Origin: Candidatus Obscuribacteraceae bacterium
GTDB taxonomy: Bacteria; Cyanobacteriota; Vampirovibrionia; Obscuribacterales; Obscuribacteraceae
Assembly (NCBI GenBank): GCA_044226015.1
Contig: JBGAHS010000001.1
Span: forward strand, 448,001-512,000
DNA length: 64,000 bases
Direction of reading: 5' to 3'
In this document: positions 43,737 through 54,005 of the stretch, piece by piece
Layout: the number at the start of each line of letters is the position of its first letter
How positions within the stretch are numbered: position 1 is the first letter of the stretch
Notes under the pieces: generated by a model
Databases searched by the model: none
The model's input: only the letters and a program-made list of their open reading frames with translations
What the model was told of the DNA's origin: nothing
Translations under genes and position numbers: made by a program

Positions 43737-45413
43737 TTAGTGTGTTTTGTGTCGTTTGTGTTTTTTTTGACTCGAAGCGGCTGCGTGTTTGATGGGCGTC
43801 GTCTTTTTTGGGGCGGCGGCAGTTTTGCCACTTCGCGAAGCGCCCTTATTTGGAGTAATTACTATTGTATGAACTGGTACCGTAGGCAATCTGAGTGAGC
43901 CAAGAGATTGCAACCTATTTATCATGCCAGTCATGCTTGAGCGGACGTCACGAATTGATGGACTGTGGTCGTTCACCATTACCGTCACCGCCAGAGGCTC
44001 TCCGGCTGCAGTAAACAAAATTCCGGAAATTGCTCTTACGCAGTCCATGGTTCCCGTCTTGTAGTGGAAAGTGCCATTGACGGCATCTTCTTCCCCATAA
44101 TGCGGCATCACGTCAATGTATGTACTTTTTAGCAAAGCACCTGCCATGTGACGATGTACAAGATTTAGCGAATGCGGTGTAAAACAATCTTTCCTGGATA
44201 GACCGCATCCATCCCAGAGCAGAACCTCAGCAGGAGCGACTCCCATGGCGAGCAGCCATTGGTTGAGGCGAGCCAGACCACGCTCTTCCAATGTAGCTTT
44301 TTCAACTCCTTTTGAAACAGCCGGAAGGTTCCCGACCGTTCGCAGTAGCTGTTGTGCGTACAGATTGTCGCTTTCTTTAAGGCAGTGTTTTATTATTTCG
44401 AACAGTGGTTTAGAGTGGTGCTCTGCAATTACTGTAGGTGGGCTTTCCATCACCTCAACTGGTATGGTTTTTTCTTTTACTTTGATGCCCATTTGCTTAA
44501 CCAGGCTTTGGACTATCGCCAGGTTGTATTCCAGCGGATTGCCGACGATCTGTCCGCCGACCAGGGGACCATCGGGATGCCAGAATTGCATGGTCTTGCT
44601 GCCAGGGTGAAAGCATAACCAGGCAGGTCCATCAGGAGAGCGCAGGGCTGAAGATACTATAGCGTTCTGGTCGCGCCCCACCGTATATGGTATCAGTGGG
44701 TAACCGCGCGCTGGGTCTTTTCTGGCTATATTGTCGTCAACAACAAAATCTGTTGGGACTGGCATCCAGTCCTGTCCCCAGTCTTCTACTAACCACTGTG
44801 AGCAGAAGCGATCGCCACCACCAGGAATACCAACGATGTCGACCTTTCCTTCAATGGATTTAATGCCTTTTGCCTGCAAGACGTTAAGCATTTCGCGAAT
44901 GTCTTGAGTCTTTAATGTAGGGTCTTGCGACGGTTCGATAAAGAGAGAACCGTTTAGATGACTGCCTTCAATCTTTCCGTAGATTAGCAATTTCGTTGTG
45001 TATGTATAGTTTGGACCAAGCATGTCCATTGCGCAGGCCGTGCTAAACACTTTGGTTGTAGAGGCTGGCACAAACCGTTTGCTGCCGTTATGCGAAAAAA
45101 GAACTGTGGCAGACGGTATGTGCATTATTTCCAAACCGACCTGCGAACGGGCGAGTTCAGGGCGACGAAGCCATGCATTTGCCACTTCCTCTATCGGTTT
45201 GAGATTTGCTGGAGGTTCATTTGCATGTGTCTTCTTGCCTGCTTCTTGCGCAACTGCTGTGGATGAGCTCGCTTGCGCCAGAGCGTCAACGTCAGACCAG
45301 GCTGGCTCGGTCAGCGAAAATGTTGTAGCAATAAAAATAAGACTCAACGGAATTCGAGCACCGACTCGAGGTTTTAAAATTCCCTGGATGAGTTTCCTGA
45401 TGACTCTTTGCAT
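43737..45413 (-). CDS. dacB: D-Ala-D-Ala carboxypeptidase/endopeptidase (PBP4, peptidase S13)
   Basis: PASTTK (SxxK), ESDNLYA (SxN), DGCGLSR, KTGT; signal peptide; basic tail. Confidence 0.9.
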   Translation of the reverse strand: MQRVIRKLIQGILKPRVGARIPLSLIFIATTFSLTEPAWSDVDALAQASSSTAVAQEAGKKTHANEPPANLKPIEEVANAWLRRPELARSQVGLEIMHIPSATVLFSHNGSKRFVPASTTKVFSTACAMDMLGPNYTYTTKLLIYGKIEGSHLNGSLFIEPSQDPTLKTQDIREMLNVLQAKGIKSIEGKVDIVGIPGGGDRFCSQWLVEDWGQDWMPVPTDFVVDDNIARKDPARGYPLIPYTVGRDQNAIVSSALRSPDGPAWLCFHPGSKTMQFWHPDGPLVGGQIVGNPLEYNLAIVQSLVKQMGIKVKEKTIPVEVMESPPTVIAEHHSKPLFEIIKHCLKESDNLYAQQLLRTVGNLPAVSKGVEKATLEERGLARLNQWLLAMGVAPAEVLLWDGCGLSRKDCFTPHSLNLVHRHMAGALLKSTYIDVMPHYGEEDAVNGTFHYKTGTMDCVRAISGILFTAAGEPLAVTVMVNDHSPSIRDVRSSMTGMINRLQSLGSLRLPTVPVHTIVITPNKGASRSGKTAAAPKKTTPIKHAAASSQKKHKRHKTH

Positions 45414-46627
45414 GCGCTCGTGGTGCCTCTAATCGAACTAGCCCGTTGCCTTATCTTAGCTGCTTCAGAACTGTTATTGCTCTTTTCCAAAGATTCTGCA
45501 TAAGAATCTAATAGCGGTCCTAACGTCGCGCTTTGTGGTCCGTATATGCTTTCGTTAACTGCTACTGCAGTTTTTAGAAGTGGGGCTGCTTCAGCATAAC
45601 GTCCCTGCTTCATGTAGAGTGAAGCTAGTGATGATGATGCCTGTCCGAAGTCTCGACTCTTCGTGCCACCATTCTCTTTTATCAGGTCGATTGCCTGTTT
45701 GTAGAGTGATTCGGCCTGCGAATATTGCCCTAAGCTGATGTAGTTATGTGCCACATTATCCAGGCGACTGAAGACTTCGGGTCGCTTTACGTCTAGTGTC
45801 TTCTTTGTTATCTCTAGCGACTGTTCAAAAAGCGGTTTAGCTTGCGCGGTCTTTCCTTGCAATGCATAGAGGTTGGCCAGATTTTCATAACCAAATGCCA
45901 GTGCCATATGCCCTGGCACCAGAGTTTTCTCCCTCAGGTCTAAAGCGCGTTTGTACATTTGTTCTGCAAGGGCAAGATTGCCCTTTTCTTTGTAAGCTGC
46001 TGCAATGCCGTCAAGACTGGCTGCGAGTTCGAGATGATCGTCAGCTCGGACTTTTTGAGCGGTTTCTTTTGCTGTCTTGAGCTTTTTTTCCGCCTCGCTG
46101 TATTCGTTATGAGTACTGAAGAACTTATGTAATTCTGCAAAGTGAGCATCTATTTGGGATTCTTCGCGCTGAATTCGCTCGCCATAGTTCAACAACAATT
46201 TGCTCAATCTATCGGCCTTAGCCTGATTGTTGTGGAGCAAATAGGCTCGGCAAAGTCTTCCAACCAGGGCCAGAACCTGTGGGTTCTCTGCGCCCATTTG
46301 TTTTTCTCTGGCGCGAAGTTCCTTTTCCAGATAAAACTCATTTTTCTGGAAATTGCCTCTGACTTCGTAGAGCGCAGATAAATCCTTATAAATCTGAGCC
46401 CAGCGACTGTCAGCTGGGGAGAAACTCTGTGACTCCGCAGACTTGATCGCAGCCAGATAATTGCGCTCGGCTAGCCCATAATTGTTTGCAGCATAAGCCT
46501 TTTCTCCTGCATCTCGCAGGGATTCGAACGTACCGGTAAGCGCTGGCTCACCTGTCGCCGCTTGGACGGCGGAAGATGAGCATGCTATTGCAGTCAATGA
46601 TAGGAGGTACCTATGTACGAGGTACAT
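45374..46627 (-). CDS. Exported TPR protein
   Basis: Signal peptide; multiple 42-aa TPRs (LAASLDGIA, GYENLANLY, RLDNVAHNY). Confidence 0.88.
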   Translation of the reverse strand: MYLVHRYLLSLTAIACSSSAVQAATGEPALTGTFESLRDAGEKAYAANNYGLAERNYLAAIKSAESQSFSPADSRWAQIYKDLSALYEVRGNFQKNEFYLEKELRAREKQMGAENPQVLALVGRLCRAYLLHNNQAKADRLSKLLLNYGERIQREESQIDAHFAELHKFFSTHNEYSEAEKKLKTAKETAQKVRADDHLELAASLDGIAAAYKEKGNLALAEQMYKRALDLREKTLVPGHMALAFGYENLANLYALQGKTAQAKPLFEQSLEITKKTLDVKRPEVFSRLDNVAHNYISLGQYSQAESLYKQAIDLIKENGGTKSRDFGQASSSLASLYMKQGRYAEAAPLLKTAVAVNESIYGPQSATLGPLLDSYAESLEKSNNSSEAAKIRQRASSIRGTTSACKESSGNSSREF

Positions 46628-46791
46628 ATTTAATGATGCTCCCGTTTGGGCTTGTCAATTTTATCACTGGTCTGTGTAGATTTAACCTGGCACTGCGTAG
46701 GCTCACCTTGACAAAGGTACTTGAAAACAACATCATAAAGGCTTAAAACAGCTGTCCCGCTTACTACAAAAACCGCAAACGACTTTAATTT

Positions 46792-49287
46792 ATGGCTGAA
46801 GTAGACGATAAACCCGCAACAAAAGCGCCTGAACACAAGGCGGAAGCTCCTTCTGACGAACATAAAGAAGATGAGCACAAGTCTGGCACGACGAATGATC
46901 GTGTCGAGAACAAATCTACTGACCCGGTTGAGTCGTCTGGCAAACTGCTTTCTGAGATTTCAAAACAAGACTGGCAGACCCTCGGGCTCAAAGAATTCGC
47001 TCGTGCAGCAGGTTCTGAAGCTCGTTCAATTCTGAGTGGATTTGGGGTCGAGCAGAAAAAGACCGAAGCTCCTCAAACTGCGCTGGATAAAGTCTTCAAG
47101 TTCGATTTTTCGGGAGCCCTCGACTTTAGCAACTGGAAAAACCCGTTTGACAGTGGTCACCATGTCAAAGACCAGGGCGAAATGGGCTTTAATATGAACA
47201 GCATCGGCAACACGATGCGTGATTTCGGCGCCGGAGTTTACACACCCGATCAGATTGCCGCCATGGGTTTCAACTTTCCGAAAGCGGACAGCTCGTTCGG
47301 ATGGGACGGCCACCAGGGTAAGCGCGGTGGATGGGACAGATTCCACGGTGGGTGGAAAGACGATGGCGATTCAAATCGCAGCGGACTCTCCTTCGGTGAC
47401 ACTTCGATTTTCAACAATCTTGATGTCAGCCGTACTGGCGACGTCAACCTCTCATCGAGTCTTTCAACTAGCTTCTATGACAAATTAAACACCGACTCAA
47501 TCGCAAAAACAGTCACCAGTGGGTTCTCTTCAGTGTGGAACACCATCTCAGACTGGGGCGGCAAAGCGTGGGATGGCGTTAAGACACTCGGCAATGCCGT
47601 TATCGATTTCGATTTCGCTGGCTCAAAACATGAGACCTTGACCGGAAGAGATGGCAATGTGGAAGTTGTTACTGATCGAAACGGTAACAAGCTGATTGGC
47701 ACTGAAAAATTCAACATGACCCAGTCAGCCGGCGGCAAGGATGATCCCAAAGATGCTTCGGTAAGCACTAAAGATGGTCTCCACACAATCGAACATAAAG
47801 CTGATGGCACCGATGTAGCAAGCAGCAAGAATTCTGACCTGGTAATTCACCGAAATAATCAAACCGGTAAGGTCGAGGCTCTAGATAAGTCTGGAAAGCC
47901 GATTGCTACCTTTGACGATAAGGGTGATGCGCTCAGGTTCTTTAAAAATTCAGTCACAGAGGTTGTTCCTGCTGGAACGAATCTGGATACTGCTTATCAG
48001 CAGTACATGAGCAATCTTGATGCGGAAATCAAAAAGGACCCTGCTAAGGCTGCAATGAAAGATTTGCCTGTCCTTTTGATGGATGGAAATGGCGAGTCGT
48101 TGACCGTTCGTCCGGACGGAACAAAATTGTATACGCATGATGGTGGCAAGTCTGAAATGATAATGCCGCATATGGATGCGCAAACAAAGGAATCCAAGCC
48201 ACTAGAAGTACGAATCAGCAAAGATGCAAATGGTAACGAGCACCTGACCATCGGAACTCAGGGCGGCAAGCAATTTGAGTTGAATTCAGAAGAAGCCAGA
48301 CGGCTCATGGCGAATTCTCGCTTCAAGCTGGGTCCCGACGGACAGCTGCAAGTAAATGATGATAGCAGCGGACATCCTGAGCGCGGACAGTGGGCTAATG
48401 TCATCGACCCTGCAAACAAGCATAGACTTCACATCTTCCATGGTGGTGATATAGATTTGCGTACGGGTGTTGCCACCATTAATGATGGCAGCGTAGTTGC
48501 TGTGCTCACTCCAAATCATGGAGATAAGGGCGGCGTCACTGATAAAGAATTCAAAGTTCAAGCTGATGGAACTGTTGATAAAACGCCTACACAGGTGATT
48601 ACTGTTGACGGAAAAGGCAACAACACTATAGAGAAGATTGACCCGACCACAGGGCAACCGATTAAAGATGAAACCGTCAAAATGCACATGCATCCAGACG
48701 GCACCTCTGACGTGAGAATCGGCGACCATACAGTGATGGATCGGAACAGCGTGAGCTTGCTCAATCCCGATGGCACCAAGGCTACTATTGATGGACGCGG
48801 CAACATCGATATGTTCGACCACGAAGGAAACAAGACGTTCTCCTCCGATGGCGATTCAGTATACTATGATGGTCACAAAACCTACGAACAGTGGCTTCAC
48901 AGTTACAACTCTGAAAAAGCAGAAGATGCAATCAATCAGGCTACAGCTACAGCTGCGATAGTTGATGGAATGGCAGCTGCTTTAGCTGGTTCACTCAATA
49001 TAGATGCTTCGCAGATTGATGCACTTGAGCAATTGCTTGCAGGAGTTGTTGGAAATCTGCCACCAGGTATTCCGTTGCCTCCGCAAGTTAGCGCTGCGCG
49101 TGCTTCGATTGCAGCGGCTCGTGCGCGTGACAATCAAGATAACAATGTAGATAGAAACACTTTAGCTGTTGCTGGTGTTGAAAATCCTGGTTTGCTCAAA
49201 CTTGCTCGTGAAGCTGGAACGACTGATCCCTTCAAGGCTGCAAGATACGCTCTAAAAGCAGAAGGCTATAAAGTCGAAGACGCTTAG
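46792..49287 (+). CDS. Large hypothetical protein (acidic N-terminus, DG-rich beta region, Ala-rich helical C-terminus)
   Basis: 831-aa open frame; no signal peptide; no recognised family. Confidence 0.75.
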   Translation: MAEVDDKPATKAPEHKAEAPSDEHKEDEHKSGTTNDRVENKSTDPVESSGKLLSEISKQDWQTLGLKEFARAAGSEARSILSGFGVEQKKTEAPQTALDKVFKFDFSGALDFSNWKNPFDSGHHVKDQGEMGFNMNSIGNTMRDFGAGVYTPDQIAAMGFNFPKADSSFGWDGHQGKRGGWDRFHGGWKDDGDSNRSGLSFGDTSIFNNLDVSRTGDVNLSSSLSTSFYDKLNTDSIAKTVTSGFSSVWNTISDWGGKAWDGVKTLGNAVIDFDFAGSKHETLTGRDGNVEVVTDRNGNKLIGTEKFNMTQSAGGKDDPKDASVSTKDGLHTIEHKADGTDVASSKNSDLVIHRNNQTGKVEALDKSGKPIATFDDKGDALRFFKNSVTEVVPAGTNLDTAYQQYMSNLDAEIKKDPAKAAMKDLPVLLMDGNGESLTVRPDGTKLYTHDGGKSEMIMPHMDAQTKESKPLEVRISKDANGNEHLTIGTQGGKQFELNSEEARRLMANSRFKLGPDGQLQVNDDSSGHPERGQWANVIDPANKHRLHIFHGGDIDLRTGVATINDGSVVAVLTPNHGDKGGVTDKEFKVQADGTVDKTPTQVITVDGKGNNTIEKIDPTTGQPIKDETVKMHMHPDGTSDVRIGDHTVMDRNSVSLLNPDGTKATIDGRGNIDMFDHEGNKTFSSDGDSVYYDGHKTYEQWLHSYNSEKAEDAINQATATAAIVDGMAAALAGSLNIDASQIDALEQLLAGVVGNLPPGIPLPPQVSAARASIAAARARDNQDNNVDRNTLAVAGVENPGLLKLAREAGTTDPFKAARYALKAEGYKVEDA

Positions 49288-50645
49288 ATCGGAATGCGCG
49301 AAAGGTCTTCCATCAGCTCGTCCATGGTCTGGTATCGCTCTTCTGCGTTTTTTTCGAGTGCCTTTCGCACAATGTACTCAAATTCTGAGGGTATATTCAA
49401 ATCTGGTCTGCGCTCTTTGAAGCGAGGCGGTTCTGCGCTGAGTTGCATTTGAAATGTATCTAGATCGTTCTCACCTTCAAACGGTGGAAGACCTGTCAGC
49501 GACTCGAACATGACGCAACCCAGGGAATAGATGTCTGAGCGCGCATCAACGTCTTTTCCTCGACACTGTTCTGGGCTCATGTACACACTCGTGCCAAAAA
49601 ACTCACCGGCTCTGGTGAGTCTTTCTGTCGGGTTTGAGCTGTCACTGACTAGTTTAGCGATTCCGAAATCAACTATTTTGACTGATTCTTCGCCCATGTG
49701 ATCATAGTCAATAATGATGTTGTTTGGCTTTATATCTCGATGAACAACTCCCATTTTGTGCGCGTGGCTCATTCCGGACGCTGTTTGCATGAAAATGCGC
49801 TTTGCTCGCGGAGGCTCGAGGCTGGGGTTTTCATCGAGGATGTCTTGTAAGCTTCTTCCGCCCAAGTAATCCATCACCATGTAAGGTTGCCCATCAGGTG
49901 TCATGCCGAAATCATGAACCACAATCACGTTAGGATGGCTCAGGCGACTCGCCGCTTGTGCTTCTTGCTGAAACCGTTTTACCGCGAGCTGCTGTCTGAC
50001 CAATCGTGGATCGAGTAGTTTGATTGCAACAATCTTGTTCATGAGCTTGTGTTTTGCTTTGTACACTACGCTCATTCCGCCGCTTCCGATGACCGATTCT
50101 ATTTCATAGCGCTCACCAAAAACTGCTCCGAGGGCCGGGTCTACTTTGTCTGTTTGAAGAACTTCGCCATCTTCATCGCAGCGCTCTTTTTCCAGCCCGT
50201 ATGAAAGTCCACATTCAGGGCAGCGTTTGTAAAAAATATCAGGGCGAGCTTGCGCGATCACCTGCTTGGTTGTTTCCACCATCGAACTCCGCCTCACCAT
50301 GGCTCTTACGCGAGCAGACAGCTCTTTCAAATGAAAGGGCTTTGTCAAATAATCGTCGGCGCCGGCATCAAACCCTTGCTCTTTGTCAGCCATATTGCCG
50401 CGTCCGGTGAGCATCAAAACAGGAGTCACTCCGCCAAAATCTCGAAAGCTTTTGCAAACCTCAATGCCAAGCATGCCTGGTAAATCCCAATCGAGAATGA
50501 CTATGTCATATTCACGAGATTTCAGTAGGTTCAGTGCTTCCAGCCCGTCATTGACGGCTTCTACGACATGTTCTTCGTGGCTCAACCACATATTCACGCG
50601 GTCGCAAAGATCTAGATCATCTTCGACAATCAAAACTCTTGGCAT
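49284..50645 (-). CDS. Response-regulator receiver fused to a Ser/Thr kinase
   Basis: IVEDD, ILDWDLP, LTG, DDYLTKPF; CPECG..CDEDG linker; GSGGMSVVY, HRDIKPNN, DFG, YMSPE. Confidence 0.92.
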   Translation of the reverse strand: MPRVLIVEDDLDLCDRVNMWLSHEEHVVEAVNDGLEALNLLKSREYDIVILDWDLPGMLGIEVCKSFRDFGGVTPVLMLTGRGNMADKEQGFDAGADDYLTKPFHLKELSARVRAMVRRSSMVETTKQVIAQARPDIFYKRCPECGLSYGLEKERCDEDGEVLQTDKVDPALGAVFGERYEIESVIGSGGMSVVYKAKHKLMNKIVAIKLLDPRLVRQQLAVKRFQQEAQAASRLSHPNVIVVHDFGMTPDGQPYMVMDYLGGRSLQDILDENPSLEPPRAKRIFMQTASGMSHAHKMGVVHRDIKPNNIIIDYDHMGEESVKIVDFGIAKLVSDSSNPTERLTRAGEFFGTSVYMSPEQCRGKDVDARSDIYSLGCVMFESLTGLPPFEGENDLDTFQMQLSAEPPRFKERRPDLNIPSEFEYIVRKALEKNAEERYQTMDELMEDLSRIPI

Positions 50646-50677
50646 GACTTGGGCTCTCGGTTATCCTGCGCTGAGAA

Positions 50678-51364
50678 TTATATACCGCCTGTCGTCGTCG
50701 GTTTGTTCATAGCAAAGATTTTTTCCACTGGTATTTCATCTATCCTTGATAAGCTCAAGTCGGCGATGCTGTGATCTTGATGAGCTGTAGCTTCGCAAGG
50801 AATGGAGATGCAGAACATTCCCGCGGCTTTACCGGCAGTCAATCCGGTGATGGTGTCTTCTACAACCAGGCAATTTTCCGGAGCGACTTTAATTTGCTGA
50901 GCTGCAAGCAAGTAAACATCTGGAGCTGGCTTTCCATGTTTTACTTGATCGCCTGAGCACAGTGTTTTGAAATAATGGCGAATGTTTAGAGTATCAACTA
51001 CCAGGTTGATGGTGGGTAATGTTGCAGATGATGCCACTGCCATAGGAACCCCTAGATTTCTGGCTCTCTCCAACAAAGAAGCAACTCCAGGCCTTGCAAT
51101 CGCTTTTGAGGAGATAAGTTCCACCATGAGTTCCTCTTTGACATCTACAAACTGTGCTGGTGTCAAATCGAGTTTGAAACGGTCAATCAATATTTCAAAA
51201 ATCACGATGTCTTTCTTGCCGAGAAACTCGCGATTATCGTGTTCGTTATAGGCTATTTCGTAGCGTTGAAGCAGTTTTTGCATCGCCAGGAGGTGGAGCG
51301 GTTCACTATCAACAAGTACACCATCCATGTCGAAAATTATTGCTTTCAGTTCTTGCGGGTACAT
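50678..51364 (-). CDS. HAD family phosphatase (beta-phosphoglucomutase/CbbY-like)
   Basis: IIFDMDGVLVDSE, VASS, GKPAPDVY, VVEDTITG. Confidence 0.92.
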   Translation of the reverse strand: MYPQELKAIIFDMDGVLVDSEPLHLLAMQKLLQRYEIAYNEHDNREFLGKKDIVIFEILIDRFKLDLTPAQFVDVKEELMVELISSKAIARPGVASLLERARNLGVPMAVASSATLPTINLVVDTLNIRHYFKTLCSGDQVKHGKPAPDVYLLAAQQIKVAPENCLVVEDTITGLTAGKAAGMFCISIPCEATAHQDHSIADLSLSRIDEIPVEKIFAMNKPTTTGGI

Positions 51365-51441
51365 CAATTTGCTGCCTATCTCAGGAAAATACTGTCCATA
51401 TTATCCCAGCAGAAAAGATGTTTTTTGAGATATTGTAAGTA

Positions 51442-51470
51442 TTGAAAAATGTCTTCTGCTGTCACAAAAT
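51442..51470 (+). promoter_or_regulatory. Candidate sigma70 promoter
   Basis: TTGAAA-17 nt-CAAAAT. Confidence 0.35.
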
Positions 51471-51562
51471 TGCCACGAAAGAAAAATACATTGATGTCAT
51501 CGAAAGCAAATTTGCTGACGAACAATTTTGTTACCGGTTGCGGGACCGGGGAAACAAGGGAG

Positions 51563-51594
51563 GGTCAACCAGCGATGGTTGACTTTTTTCCTTT
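51563..51594 (+). terminator. Terminator-like hairpin in a divergent intergenic region
   Basis: GGTCAACCA-GCGA-TGGTTGACT then TTTTTCCTTT. Confidence 0.6.
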
Positions 51595-51800
51595 TAAAAA
51601 CTTTCTGCAGAAAAGAAGCTTCAACTGCTTCTCTAAGTGAAACAAAAATTCCACAATTTCCGACTAACTTAGTGGAATCACGAAAGCTATTTACTAATGG
51701 GCTGTAGAGAGTAGCTAGTGCTTTTGAAACTTTTCTGGTTTGCCAGAAAACATCGGGTTAGTTCACGCGTAATCCCGCATTAGTACCGGAGCGAACTTCT

Positions 51801-53951
51801 ATGGCATTTAACGATATCACGGAAAGTGATAGTAAACCGTCTGCGTCTGAAAATATTGCTTTCCCCGAATTACAGCTAGATACTTTCACTCCTATACCTA
51901 CTCGAGCTGAACGTAATCCGTTTTCGTCGGACGCTCAACCGAACCGCTTATTGCCTCCAGAATTTACTGCCTTCAAAGCTGACTTTGGCAAGGCAGATTC
52001 TGCTAAGGGGGAATCCGAAAAAGGTGATTCCGGCAAGCCAACGGCTGATTCTGGCAAGCTCGAAGCTGGGAAAGTTGAATCTGCTAAGGTCGAGCCCAAC
52101 GAAGCCGCCGCCACCGCAGACAGTGGCAAGGGTAAAGAAGCGCACCCCGCCAAATCTGAGGCAGTCCTTAAGACTGATAAGGATGGCTATGTAACTGACA
52201 TTGAATATCCTGGCGGAACAAAGAGCCGTCACATTGAGCGCGACCCAAACTCACATGAAGTTCTCTCTGTTACGACAAAGACTCCGGACGCGCTCACCAC
52301 GTTGAAGCAAAAGGACGGGAAGTGGTCGCTAAGCATGCAATCGCTTGAACTTCCAGTTAACGGTAAAATTGAAGTCTCGAAGAATGGCGAAGTAGCAACC
52401 CAAGTAGGCGAAGCCGGAACTTGGAAGGTTGACCGGCTCGATGGCAGCACGATTGAAGAAAAGCAGAGCGCAGATGGCTCTCGATTGCGACTCGGCACTG
52501 ATGGAAAAGCAGAGCGATTAGTTCGTGCGGATAAATCTGTTGTTGAACGTGTATCTGAAAACAAAATTGTTGAATCTCGACCAGGACAAAAAGATGTAAC
52601 CTGGACAAAGGAAGGAGATTCTTGGAAGTCAGATTCCGAGGCTGCAGCCAGAAAGAATCTGAAATTCTCAGAGGACGGGAAATTATCGTTTACTGATAAG
52701 AGTGGGGTTAAGCATGAAATCAATTCTCGAGGAGAAGAATCACTTGAGGGTAATGGCCCGGCCAAGATTACTGCTGACAGTTTGAATCGTCCATCAGTTG
52801 TAGATCTGCCGGAAAAAACACGTAAGTATGAATACTTTGACGACAAATCAAACGACATCAAGTCAGTTACTATAATCAACAAGAAAGACAATTCGAGTAG
52901 CACCTTTACTCGAGACAGTAAAGACAGCCACAGCTGGGCTGGTACGACTTGGCGCGGCGACATTAAGGTAGGTCCTGATGGGGTTCACTCCACTCGTCCA
53001 GACAATGGTAGCGTTCCGGGTCCCGACTCGCGCTGGGATAGTGCACACCCCGATGGTAAGGTAACATCGGACATCATTGGAGCTGATGGCTCGCGTGTGT
53101 CTTACGACAAGTCTAATAATTCTGTTGTAAGTGTGCGCACCGCTGATGGTGTTAGAGCCGAACGAGTGAATCAGGATGGGAAAGAGTCGGTTCGCTACTA
53201 TAACCCACGAGTTGGCGACAGCACGACATGGTCAAAAGATGTGGATGGTTCATTCAAGTCCGATTCCGAGGCAAATAAGGAGTCGAGGAAAGACTTGAGC
53301 ATCACACCAGCCGGCGACTTGAGTTTTAAAAATGAGAAGAATCAGACCGTTGTCGAACATAAGGATGGCAGTCGCAGCATCAACTCAGCCGATGGTACTG
53401 TTATGAAGTACGGCGCCGATAAGCAGCTTCAGAGCCTCAAGCGTGGAAACACTGAAAGAGTATTTGTGCAGGGACCCAGTGGATTGTCTCAGGTTGTGGA
53501 TCGCGACCTTTCAAACAAACAAGAAAAAACCGTTTTTGATGCCAAGGATGCGGAAGCTAATAAGTGGAATTATGTTCATCTCTCAGAAAGTGGTGATTTG
53601 AGCTATCAGAAGAGTGATGGTGGCGCGGTCATCGAAAGAGCAAATGGACTTAAAGTCGAGCTCGATAAAGATGGGGATATGACCTCGGTGTCGAGTTCGA
53701 AGGAAAATCGTAGCTTCAAATATCTCGGAGAGGGTGATAAGAAAACTCTTGTGTCGATAACTGAGGGAGCTAAAGATCAGCAAAAGACGTTCACTCGAGT
53801 GATTAATCCAGATGGTTCTTTCGTCAATGAGTTTCGTGGTGACAAAGGACAAGCGTCACGCTTCGATGTCGTTCCCTGCAAAGACGGAGATTATGAGTTC
53901 ACACAGAAAGCAGGTGACAAGAAAGTCTATAGCTCATTGATTGCACGCTAA
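51801..53951 (+). CDS. Large beta-repeat hypothetical protein, paralog of the downstream gene
   Basis: Repeated DG/W-rich strand modules aligning co-linearly with 54405..57713; GGAG RBS. Confidence 0.8.
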   Translation: MAFNDITESDSKPSASENIAFPELQLDTFTPIPTRAERNPFSSDAQPNRLLPPEFTAFKADFGKADSAKGESEKGDSGKPTADSGKLEAGKVESAKVEPNEAAATADSGKGKEAHPAKSEAVLKTDKDGYVTDIEYPGGTKSRHIERDPNSHEVLSVTTKTPDALTTLKQKDGKWSLSMQSLELPVNGKIEVSKNGEVATQVGEAGTWKVDRLDGSTIEEKQSADGSRLRLGTDGKAERLVRADKSVVERVSENKIVESRPGQKDVTWTKEGDSWKSDSEAAARKNLKFSEDGKLSFTDKSGVKHEINSRGEESLEGNGPAKITADSLNRPSVVDLPEKTRKYEYFDDKSNDIKSVTIINKKDNSSSTFTRDSKDSHSWAGTTWRGDIKVGPDGVHSTRPDNGSVPGPDSRWDSAHPDGKVTSDIIGADGSRVSYDKSNNSVVSVRTADGVRAERVNQDGKESVRYYNPRVGDSTTWSKDVDGSFKSDSEANKESRKDLSITPAGDLSFKNEKNQTVVEHKDGSRSINSADGTVMKYGADKQLQSLKRGNTERVFVQGPSGLSQVVDRDLSNKQEKTVFDAKDAEANKWNYVHLSESGDLSYQKSDGGAVIERANGLKVELDKDGDMTSVSSSKENRSFKYLGEGDKKTLVSITEGAKDQQKTFTRVINPDGSFVNEFRGDKGQASRFDVVPCKDGDYEFTQKAGDKKVYSSLIAR

Positions 53952-53976
53952 AAACGGCGAGGTTATGAGCTTAAGT

Positions 53977-54005
53977 TCCACGGGCATAATATTGCTGCCC
54001 GTGGA
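53977..54005 (+). terminator. Stem-loop after the 51801 gene
   Basis: TCCACGGGCA-TAATATTGC-TGCCCGTGGA; no U-tract. Confidence 0.45.

Noticed and set aside
51449..51640. 63-aa intergenic ORF
   Set aside because: No RBS and contains a terminator-like hairpin internally
52229..52963. 244-aa antisense ORF and other shadow ORFs (e.g. 13008..13520, 48286..48822, 57750..58226)
   Set aside because: Lie opposite well-supported genes, have biased composition and no motifs
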